Of a DNA stretch of 64,000 bases, positions 48,827 to 61,300 are shown piece by piece. The stretch's first letter is position 1. Each line of letters begins with the position of its first letter. The DNA comes from Oopsacas minuta (taxonomy: Eukaryota; Animalia; Porifera), in contig JAKMXF010000066.1 of NCBI GenBank assembly GCA_024704765.1, forward strand, positions 186,001-250,000, given 5' to 3'. The notes beneath the pieces were generated by a model. It was not told the DNA's origin and ran no database searches. It worked only from the letters and a program-made list of their open reading frames with translations. The position numbers were made by a program, and so were the translations under genes.

Positions 48827-50889
48827 TTCTACAATTATTAACCACTACAATTACTATATATATATATGCTCCAGCAAGTGAGATAGTAATTTGGAATTTT
48901 GGCATCAGATTTCTACATATTTATCAGAGCAATTTATATACAATGTTAAGTAGCATAAAAATTACTTAATCACGTAAACATCACTATACAACTGTACCAC
49001 TTCCATATCACAAAGTATATGAGGAATTGCATTCATTAAAATGGTAATAACTAGGACATGCTTTCTCGAGTTTGAATATTAGCATAGCTATGGCACTAAG
49101 TATTAGAAATATTCTATAGAGATTAGAGAATACACACAATATTTCAAGAATTCTGGAACATACATTTCACCAACTGAAAACTTCACACTGCCTTCTTAGT
49201 AAAGCTTGCAGAGGTAAAACTATGAGACAGTAAAGAAGAGTCTGGAAATGAAGAGGTTCTGAGATATGAACATTTTCTCATGATCAAGTTCGCGCGTTCC
49301 AGAGTTATACTAGTGACCATGGATGGCATATTTTCGCCAACATGACAAAATTTTGATATTTTGTATAGTAACATCCTTAAATCCCATGGTATAAATCTGG
49401 AACCGTAATTGTATTAATTACTCTCTACAGAGTTTCAAAACTGGAACATTTTCTGACATATTTGCTAAGTATGTAATCAAATGAAGTACTTTTGGCTTGA
49501 AAATAGTCTATAACCCGACAGTGAAATAGCTTCCGACAATACAAATTCACCTGCATAATCCGGCAAAATTTTAATGATCCAACGAGTGCCGGTTTATGCA
49601 GGTTCCATTGTATGAGGATTTGGAAACAGTAAATGGTGAGATATTGACAAAATGTCATAGTGACAATATGCGTGTAGCAAAAAATTCAGATGCGGGAGGT
49701 GGAGCTGAAACAAGTTTACAACTAATAGTGGCATTATAGTAACAAAATTACATCATAGAGTTCTTGTTTGTAATATCATATGTTGTTACGAATAAAAACT
49801 ATAAATAAAAATGAGTGATATTCATGTTGTAAAGCACATACATTAAATCTTGTGGATTGGTAACTGTGTTGAAATATTTATGATGTTATCCAACAACTCA
49901 ACAATCCAGGAAATTCCTTTTGGAAATTAACAACCAACCAACAAGATCCTCAGCTAGTAAGGTGAATAAATACTGATTGAACGAAAATAATCAGCTTTAA
50001 TGCTTTAATGCTTTAATATGCATAAGGGAAGAGCCAAAAAATTAAGCATTTATAACAGAAATATCATGAATGTGGTCAAAACGAAATCTACAGGACTAGC
50101 GCAATCTTGCTACATTAAACGTATGTTCTTCTGAAGTTAAAATTATAAGTTTTAATAATAACTGCTTACATTACACAACTTTAAAATAGAAAAATAGACG
50201 AAAAGATAAACTGAAATTACTTTGACTTAGATTAAGCTATACGCTATACGTATTACACGTACATCAATCTACTTACTTGGCTAATCTGAACAAAATCGAC
50301 TACACAAGGCTCCCAAGGTATCCCGATAAATTTGTTTCGTTTTACCACACACATGAGCAGCACATAGTTAAATAGTGGTATAGTGGTTATCACTTACTAA
50401 AATACCCTTGTGAATAGCAAAATAGGTTCTTTTAACCGATATGAATTATACAAAAGTTATGTGAATCGTTTTCCGAAGGATGGTTCTTATATCTGGTATG
50501 TTGTTATAACGGGTGTTCTTATAACGATAACTATTGTATTTTAAGCCTAGCGGTAGAGCAGATTGTTCAGGTAAAGTGGTAGGAACCTGCTACCCCTAGT
50601 TAAATTTAAACTATTCAGGAAAGTTTTCCCAACCAGAACCTTTTGGGCCATATAAGGTATCTCTCTGGCCTCCCATAGATAGCAATACATTACACCCAAA
50701 TATGTTCAGTGGACCATAGGTTGGAAACACTGAATCAGAGTACCATAACAATACATTTAGGTTTTCAGGAATATTCAAATATTTGAGAGCATTTACAAGA
50801 ACACACTATAATACCTATAATTGTACAACATACAAGCTATAATTCTTCTAAAAATAGAATATAATACTGCATGCAGATAAATACACTTG

Positions 50890-52336
50890 TCACGTGTCTG
50901 TAATCTGTTCTGAAAATCTGAAGGCAACTAACAACTTATTACAGAGTGGGTATCCTAGTGCTAGTGCTAACTCTTCAAGAGTCTCATATATATAGTGTTT
51001 TGTTTCTGAATATATTTTATATTTATCAAGCAATTCCTCACATCTCATTATCTCTCCATTGAGAAATACACGTATGTTAGAACCCTTTATTATAATCTTA
51101 TGTACTTCACTCATGTATGCTCGGTCGATGTCAATTGATTTGTAGTTATTCTCACTATCAGGCAGAAGTTCGGGGCGAGATGAAGGCACGCTAGTTAATT
51201 CGGGAGGTATTCTACCCTCAGCTAACGGAGGTTGGAAACCAGTTTGGATGTATGGAATGTTGATATTTTCTGTCCAATAGGGACTGTGGCAAGGAGAACA
51301 GAATTCAATAGGTTTGTAATTCGCCTTATAAGCTAACTTATGATTTGGACCATTCCAGCCTTGTAAATAGTAATACTTACAAAAGGGATTAATCTTATTC
51401 AAACTTATTATATACTCAATCTCTTTAAGAGATGAATAAACTCCTAAAGACATCTTTGCAACTTCCTTAGACATGTCATAAAAGAAATATACACTAACTA
51501 CTCCTTCAAGAATGACGTCAATAACTCCTATTGCGATTAGTTTGCCATTTAGTCTGTATTCTTGATGGAAAGTACCGTAGTTAATGCCATTACGTGTTTC
51601 TGGTTTGAGAGGAGATAGTACTGCATGCTCTGCGTATGCATTAGCTGTTTTAGCTGATTTATCATGCTTATCGAGATGGTACCTATTGTAGAGATCTACT
51701 CCCTCCTGTGTTAATCTGAGGGATTCAAGAATAAATAAAAATTTTCTCAACATGATACGTAATCTATTGCTGGTACATATTTAGCGATCAGGTGGCTAAG
51801 TGTGGAAAATTGGCTATATAACACTCAATTTTTATTACCTTGCTGGTACAGTCTCAATGACAACATCATTAGGCACCTTCTTCAGTACTCTCTTAAATGT
51901 TTTAGAACTATTGATATCAAATTCCTTAACTCGTACTCTCGTCTCCCAATCACAGCAGACTTTTTTGTGTTGTGAATTGAACCGGAACATCTTACTGCCT
52001 CCCCTTCGGTACCAACCGTTGTTAACCAGCTGCTGATATTGCTCAAGTGTCACTGCGTCTGGTCGCATAACCACTTCAGATCTAGGAGCTTCTTGCTCAC
52101 AATTTGAACAGAAGTGACGAGTAACACCGAAATGTCTATGCACTATGAAATTATCGCTGTTGTTAGGAAGAATAGGATTTGTGACTGGTTGGGGTAATGG
52201 ACGGGGAATAACGTGACAAACAAACTTGTCTAAACAATCCAAGCACCATCTCTTCAAATCATCCATTTCATCTGCTAGTGAAGGTTTGTCCATAGCTTCA
52301 AATATAACTCCATCCAATCCAAAGTCTCCAGTGTAT
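50890..52336 (-). CDS. ATE1: ATE1-like arginyltransferase domain (last two exons)
   Basis: Exons 52336-51839 and 51715-50890 are joined by a 123-nt intron (an in-frame alternative acceptor at 51763 also exists). The N- and C-terminal ATE motifs are clear, but the protein is divergent, so orthology to canonical ATE1 is uncertain. Confidence 0.85.
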
Positions 52337-55300
52337 CTAAAGTAATATAAGCACTTTTATAATATGTCCACGTATATGAATATAATTGGGTTCTTCTACC
52401 CAATAACCTAGGTTGCTGTATACAAATTTTCCAGGAACCTATTAAGTAACGTAAAGGATGGGTTGCTGGGAGATTTGTATGTAGAATCTAGGTTGCCGGT
52501 TAGAAAATCCTTATAAACGAAAAACGGATTATGAAAGCAAATTTATTGTTTGACTGAAGAGTGGATGATTCTTTTGAAGTTATGTATAAACTATGTATGT
52601 TAAAGGGGTGTATAATACAACCGATATACTCTGCATTTGATTGTGAATTTGCAGAAATTGGTACCCAGAACGATTCTATATTTATAGGGGATCAATTTTT
52701 GCATCCAATGCAAGACACATTAAACTTATAATACATTCGGGTAGCACAAATTATCACACACGTATATATATGATGATGCATAATTATTGCAGGGTTCATT
52801 TTGGGGGCACCCTCAAATCAATTTTGGGAGGACCATAATGAACCGCTACAATTATCAAATGACATAATTAGGCAATGTTAGCAGCGTTTGCCCGCTGGCA
52901 GACATGATGATTATAACGTCAATTGGTTAGAGCAATTGTTGTATATTATTATTATTATAATGGAATATACATAAGAATGCTATGTATAAAGAACAACACA
53001 AAGAACATGTACCAGCCTCAAAAAGCGAATAATCTTAAACTTAAATATGGAGAAGAGTAAAGATATCGTAGACAGAGGAAAATGTATATGTATATTACGG
53101 AACTATTTAAAAAAGTATTTTGAGGTTACTAACAGTAGTTTGATCATTTGTCGTAGAAAGACAATAAACTAGATATGTTCACAAACAATGAATTAAACCT
53201 GCAAATTACACACATATAAATAATTGAATTTTAAAGCCAGGTCCAGCTGCATATACAGGTGGTAGATGGTTAGTAACAGTGAAATTTCCTTTGTTATGTT
53301 CTTTGGCCATTCAAAAAATAAACCCAGGAATATGATTAATTGACACCTACCTTACACCCAAATCATGCTCAGACATAGAGATAAAGAAGAAACAACCGTA
53401 ACCGAATATTTTTCCATGTTTCATCTTTCTCATTTGTGAAGAAATCAATTCAAACAATTGTTTTGTAAAGAATTGTTCTCTGTCAGGAACAGCCACGTAA
53501 CTCAGACCAGCCAAAAACGTGAAACTCCTCCAGATAACCTCAGTAACACTGGGATCTCTACGTAGAATACTCACTACATCTTTCTTTAGATCAGTTTTTA
53601 ACATAGCTTGTTTTGCATCATCTCCTGAAGCGAGTATTTGAATACCTCTAAGAGCTGTACAATATAACGACCAGTCGGGATCTGTATCTGTTGAAATTGT
53701 TTTAATCATGTCTAATAGCATTAAGTGCATCCCAGATTCTAAAAGGAAGAAACAAGGTTAGGATCTATCTAAATTTATACACCCTTATACTAATATGTGT
53801 AGATTAAATGTCTGAGAAACCCTCAGTGTAGATATGTTTTTGGAGTAAAAAAAATGCTTGATTTCCACACTTTAGTGTGATCAATGATATTTTCAATCTT
53901 TTCAATCTTTTCAATCAATTTATAACCAAGAATAAATATAATTTCTCACCAACAAACTTGTCTAAATATTAACTCTAGATATATTAAGGGTCTAGGCGAA
54001 CATTAATGTACAAAAATGGTAATATATTCCAATTATCATGTCAATAACTGCCAGTTTTGAAAGGATCGCATGGACGTAAATAGGGTCATACATCGTCCAT
54101 ACTCACAGCAAATTTCTTGCTCAAAAATAGATATATTATATAATACATGACACCGTTTAAAAAGTGTACCTTTAATATTCCTATTATCAACTGTACAATA
54201 TTTACATAGTAAAAGTGTATTTAAGAAAATTACAATACAAAATAGTAAAACTACACATTATCAATAATGAAGATGATTTTTCCATTGAAAAGATTCTCTA
54301 ACTCTGCAACAGATTTTCCTTTTGTCTCAGGAGTAAACACAAAAGTAATCACGCACACTATCATAAACAGTATACTCACTCCGAATAGGAAATAACATCT
54401 AGGGATACTGTTACTAACGATAGGGTATAACGTTACTAATACGAAAGATGTCATGAATAGCATGAATATTCCTATACCCGAAACTAAATGTTTAATATTT
54501 AGCGGTATGAGTTCTCCAAGCAGTATATAACATACACTATCGACTCCTAAACCAAAAACGAGGCTGAAAAACATAATGTAGACAATAGGCCATGCTATAA
54601 GATATGAACTCAAACATACGCCAGTAATAGTATATTGCAAAAGTATGTTCTCTAGGGCAACAGGACAAATCATGTCGATAATATGCAAGTATATTGACAA
54701 AACTACAAGTGATATCGTTATACCTAAGCATGATATTAACAACAGCATCTTCCTACCTATTTTGTCTATTAAGAATGTGTTCAAAACGCTGCCGAAAATC
54801 ATAGTCAGTGGATAAACTATTCCTATTAGATTAGCGTCTATATGATCGTTAGTGAGAAGTTCCGAGGCATAACTAGAGAGGAGATTAATACCAGACATTG
54901 GACAAGCAATGGCTATGAACATTATTATTATAAGTGCTTCGATGTTATTCAGCTTAAATAAAGTAAATCAATTGCTTATGTTTATAGACTGGCATTTTTG
55001 TATACATGCTACCTTTGCTTGTATAATAATTGTCTCTACTATGTACTCACCAAACATGGCCTCCTTAGCCTTAGTGCTATGTATTCCAATATTAGCCAGA
55101 GAGTTAATCGCTGCCCGGACACTGGTCTTTGTATAATGCTCTGGTGTGGAAATGAATTCCAGCATTTTAGGGATTACTCCATGTTCATACATTGAAATAG
55201 AAGATAACTTATCACATGATAAATTCATGAAACAGAATGATAGAACTTCATGAAGAGAGTCCTTTGTTTCGTCAGTTGTCTATGGTAATAATACACACAT

Positions 55301-58300
55301 ACATAATGACATAACATGCAAGCTGCATTACAAATCTAGTATAAGCTTACAGGTCTAAAGAAGAGAGTTATAAATGTATTGTGGAAGGTTGGATCATTTA
55401 ATTGTTTAATATCCTTGAATTGTTGTTGATAGCAGATCATGATTCCGTTAATAATCGTTAAAAACATCATTACTGTCTGGAGGTCTGCTTCTTGGGAAAG
55501 GCACTACAAGATTTTAATAAATCTTAATAGAATCAAAGAGAGAATTAAGAAAAGAATGGATAATTATGGATAATTAATTATGGATAATTTTTGACATCCG
55601 AGCTCAAACGCTGTGAATAATGGTTAAAATTCTCACATTATACGCATATCGATATAAATAGATATAATAACTCCGATACAAATACAGAATCGGAGAACCA
55701 GAAGAGACAAATATTCAAGATACTGAATATGTACATGAGTTAGTATATTCATTAATTATCAAACGGGTAGATATCACAATATACAAATATAAATATCTCA
55801 ATAGGGAATATAGCCAAAAGTACAGAAACTATGTAGGGGAAATTAATGCCATATTTGTAGTTGATTACTATCACATTGATTCACGACTATTATAGTGATA
55901 TTACTATCTTTTTGCACGAGAGTAATCCCAGTGAGTCTACCGAGTGTTTGTCTATTTCCAATTGTATGCAGACAACAGCCTTCGTAATTAAATATAAATA
56001 TCCTGTTAGCATCTGTTAATAGAATAAAATTATTACGATTATCAATGTCGAAATATCCTGGAAAACGAATATTTAGAATTGAGTCTCCAGACCATTTCCT
56101 CAATAAATGCCCATATATGGTAAAAAATAGGAACGTTGATTCTCCCCAGTCTAATACAATTAATTCCTCATTGTCAGTCACTTTAACATCTCTAGGGCTT
56201 GTAAGCTCTCCTTCGCATAGAATGCTATTGTTTGATGCAGGATTCAAATCATAGTCCAGGACAATAATATTTTTGTATCCATATGAGCATACATACAATT
56301 TCTCAGCATGAATACATATTCCAGTTGGATGATCTATATGACTGTAGTGTTTGGTGTAGCTACCTGTTACAGAGAATTTAATTACTCTATCAGGCTGACA
56401 TTGAGTTAAAAATATGTTATTAGCGTCTACACAGATAGAAATAGGATGAGAGAGTTTAGGATGTTGAATTTTGTATATGAAAGAGGCTGTGTAGTCGAAT
56501 ATTTGAATTCTATCATTATTTGTATCACAAATGTATAGAAATGAAGAGTTTGTTGCTATTCCTGAAGGAGAGTTTAACATACCATTACCAGATCCGTGAT
56601 TACAAGATGAAACCTCTGATCTAGTTAGTCGCTTATAAATGGATACTCTTGGTTTAGGAATTGGAGAAGAAATTGATATTTGCTTCTTTATGAAAATAGG
56701 TTTATCAATTGTACAGATACAATCCAATTGATCCATCATTCGCTGATCCCATTTTAATATTATATCACAATTCACTTCATGATCTAATTCCCTTCCAATC
56801 TCTTCCATTTGGATATTTACTCTATCAAACTTTTCCTTAACTAATCCGCTAAAACCGTTTTCTTTAAATATTTCCTCAAAAGTATCTTTCTCCTTCTGAA
56901 GGTTAGCATAATTTTCTTTAAGATTAATAAAATTTTTGGATATTTTGTTTAAGTCATTTGTTAATTTTTCTCCTATTTTATTGGCCTTTTTATGTAAATC
57001 TTCAACATATGTTTCTATTAAGAATTTCTTGTCATTAATTCTGCGAAAAAAGTTTAATTCTCTGTCTTTTTCTGGGAATTTTTCAGCCATTATTACAAAC
57101 AAAATGTTTATTAAATGAAAAGATGAATTTGATATGTTCACAATACTAGACCATAGAGAATAGAGAGATCCAGTAGAGCCATGCTCAGAATTGCAAAATT
57201 ATGTTCTTTGATAGAACCTTTACTTGTGTGCATAATAAGTAACAAGAGAAGTTATCCTTACTGTTGTAATTACCACTCAAATGAGCTCTTAGTTTTCTCA
57301 AACAATTCGACAGATTGAAAATAGCATATATGTATGTATTGGCACAACACATACAATTATTCTATAAAATCTGAAGTAAAATCGCTTTTACTCAGTACAA
57401 AAATAAACGAGAAATAGCATTCTTCCATCATGAAAATGCGGAATTAAATTTTCCACAAACGCCACTTTAGACTATTATCGAAAATAAGAGATTTTCAAAA
57501 ACAAAGATAATATAGAACTCAAGAAAAAGTGATATATTCCTACTAACTATCCATTATCCATTGATATCTCAATATATACTAGCTAATTTATCCTCATCTC
57601 ATGTTAAAGTATATCTATGTATATTCTAAATTATCCTCTGAAAACTTAACCTCATCATATCATATACTACATAGTAATTAATATACAAGTCATTTTTAGC
57701 ACAAGTGAATGGACAGGACAGTGGACTGGTTGTTCATAATAAAAAACCCTGACTGTACATAAAAGGATAATTGCTTTTGTACGTACACAAATAAGGTGTA
57801 AGTCTTTTGCGATTAAATACAGCCAACTTCCGTTATATCAAAGTCAAGGGACTGTGATAATTAATTCCATATAAATGGATGCAATACAACCACGACCAAT
57901 GAAATTAATGCTATTTTGACGATACAGAACTATACTTGTACAATTCAAGACTTCTACATAAGGGTGTATTAGATATGTCAGTGTTCGATATAACGGGAAT
58001 TGACCGTAATTCTATTTCCATAATCCCATCACATGGGTACATTTAAATGTGCCAAAAATACTTTGGATTAGAAGAATTATTTTAAGTTCTATGCGGGTTC
58101 TATTCGATCAATAAATAAGCATCCCTATAGTAAATTCTTACCTCAGTAATCCCACTAGCTATCTCAGAATCAACCATAGCTTCTGCTTGACTTCTATCAG
58201 ATTTATCTATACCGTATATTAGCCTCAGGATAAACTGAACAGTGTCTTTATCCCCGGTTCTATGGAAAACAATAAATGCATTTCTCAATCCTTTCAATAG

Positions 58301-61300
58301 CTCAGTAGAGAAACGCATGCTACGATTACGTTGTGCTAGGTTACTTAACATCCCTATTGACTGCAGTAGCACTACTTGTCCATCAGTGCTTGCCAGTGTT
58401 ATACCCAGGAGGTCTTGGAATTCTGAGTATGTTAGGGAAGAGGGAGGGGAGGCTAGATCATCTTTAGGGTCTTTTGATAATTTATCAACTGAATAACTGA
58501 ATGTTACTCCTGCAGTAGCCGCGAATACATTGTCAGGTAATTCGATCTTCTCTTTCCTTGCACGAATCAGATTTTTCAATAGTAACCGTGCTATTAAGGT
58601 TTTGTCCTCTATTTTCAATGAAAATACGATCAAACCCAATATAGGACAAACACTAAAATGCATGTCTATAGAACAGGTATCATCCTGTAGTGTAGTTATG
58701 CAGAAGGATAGTATAGGATGATTTGTATCAGCTAATTGCGGAATAAGCCCCCTCTGCTCTGTTATGAAATTAGTTAATAATACAAACACTTCTTTCATCA
58801 GTTCTACGTCACGCGGGTAAAGTTGTAGTAGTGTAGAAATGTGGTTTGGTAGAGAAGTAAAGTTTGTGTCCTGCTTTATATTTGGGTTAAATATGAATGC
58901 ATTCTTAAGCAGCGTCATGGTTGCTAAGCAAACAGACTTATGATTGGGATTGTCTTCAAGAATTGGTAGTAGTAACGGTAAATAATCAAATCCTCCGTGA
59001 TTAGTGAATAGAGTAGGTAGATGTATAACAAACTCACTGAGAACCGAGAGAATTAGAGATAGGTTGTGTGTAGTATGTTCTGAGTATGAGAAGTATAGTT
59101 CTGTACAGGTTGTGAGTGTTGTAGCAGCTACATCTTCTTGTGATTGTGATTTTGTGTTAGGCTCCCTTATGAAGTATACACAGCTCTAAAGTGGAGAAAT
59201 GTATTGAAAGTTTACTGATAGGTTGCATGTTCGTATGTTGCTGTTTGTTCACACTTGTATCACACGAGTATTAACCCCTTCCTGCAGGCAAATTTATGGA
59301 TATTTGAAGATACACAAAAGTGGAAAAAATGTCGGAATTTTTGTAGGAATGGGTAAATTAAGTGTACCAATTCACTATGACTGTAGTACTTACCAGTAAG
59401 TATAGAGTAATTGTGGCCTCATCCTTGGTGTTATCAGCATACAAACTGTTAGCAAGTTGAACTAGTTTATCAGTAAGAGACGGAGCTAAAATAAATTCAG
59501 AATCCTTTATGTAGATTGATAATACATTATTGAGGAAGCGTAAGAATGCAGTAAATTCCTTCCCATCTCTTCTGTACGTATCTATTGTATTTATAATAGA
59601 GAGTATAGGGAAATCTTTAAAGTCAGGACTAGCGGAGAGTTCTTCTAAGCGGGCGGAGTCTAGACAAGATTGAGCGAATTTTTCAGCTCTGACAAGAGAT
59701 TCTGAAGTGGGAGATGGGTTGTTTAAGAGTGACTTTAGTTCTATCAGCTGACTAGATAAATAAATTGTATTCATATCAGGTAAAGGTTCTTACAGTCAAC
59801 TCCCGTTATATCGACACAGATATAGCGAAATAATTGATTATACGAAGTATGAAATTGTATAAATATTGTCATAAACCGTCAAAGTAACATAAATATAATA
59901 AGTTATATAGAACTCCGTTATGTTGAAGTAATTATCACTTGAGCTTTGATATAATGCTAGTTGACTGTACACTATGTTTCTCGACCGATATTAGATCATA
60001 AACAAGATTATACAATCGAGAATATGTAATCCCTCATAATGTATTTTAAATTTATATTACTAAGAAATATAACATACTTCAAGAGTAGTTGGGAAGTAGA
60101 TACATCCTTTATCTGACTATCATCTAACTTTAATTCTAGAACCTTTGCGCCTTCAGCCATTTCTGCTAAATACCAAGTACGTATAGACAAGATGGTGAGA
60201 GCTACAATATTGTATCACTCAATCAATTGGAAACACCGATAGCTTGTGCCTGTCTTAAAGAAGTAACAAGCATATGCAAAAAATGGTGTGGGTTTCGCTA
60301 ACACGGAGACGATTGGTTCTGGTTAAGATGTACTAAATTTGCGTCTTTGCTCGAAAGAAAAATACAAAAAGAGCAGGGCCTTATTCAGTTTCATATTGAT
60401 AGTATTATGTGTATGTCGTAATGTGAAATGTAGTTAACATTGCGCAATAACACACAACTAACAATATTAGTATTGTAGAAGAGCTAAAAGAATCAATGAG
60501 GCTATTACAATATTAAGATATCAACAGCTGATTTAGATGACATGAACTGAGATAAATTTATGAATTAATAATTATCATAATTTACATTACCAAAGTATTA
60601 GAGAGAGATTGCATAGTAGATTGCCTATGAAAGTGAAGCTCTGCTGCAACTAGCTTATGAATATGGTAGCGTTATTTATTAGTATATTGAATAACGTAGT
60701 TATATATTGTACAAATGATATTTGACCTTTGATATATTAAAGAGAACACAGAAAATATCAAATCATTAGAATGCAGACAAGACTGATTGCATTCTAAGAT
60801 TATGATGTATAATATAAAAAGTGATAGAATTTACAAACGAAATAGCAGTCATATCAAAGTTCAATTCTCTGATTCTCAAATGCCTGTAGCTTTGAGTTAT
60901 ACAACTGGACGAGAGGATCGACAGTACCTTTATTCTTTTCCAAATTCTTGTACCAGCTAGTGAGACAGCGTGTAATGTCCCTGTCTTGTGGGCTCTTTAT
61001 CTGGAGAGCATCTAGTAGGGCATCAGCACAAGAGTATTGAACAGGCGGGGGTACTATATACAGTCAAGGGACAAAAGTATTCGACCACACAAATATATTG
61101 TCATAAATTGTATACTCTTTCCCGCTCCTATATATTGTGTAGTCTATATTCGTAGCTGCAATCTAGTAATTTCCATAGAATAACATATGTTTTTCAAGAA
61201 TTTCAAAAAAATATTTTCGATTTACACTTTCTGAAGGTGTTAATTATGAATAATTATTAGATAATTATTGATAATCAAATATGTGGTAATTCAAAGCCTA

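Noticed and set aside
22808-52336. Apparent pathway cluster of modification enzymes (LanCL, QTRT1, ATE1-like, glycosyltransferase), e.g. a RiPP-like locus
   Set aside because: There is no precursor peptide or LanB/kinase partner, and the genes are ordinary eukaryotic types interspersed with unrelated housekeeping genes.
54100-54131. 13-nt micro-exon (ag|caagaaatttgct|gtgagt) as the missing ARM bridge
   Set aside because: Joining it to the 53738 exon creates an in-frame TAA.
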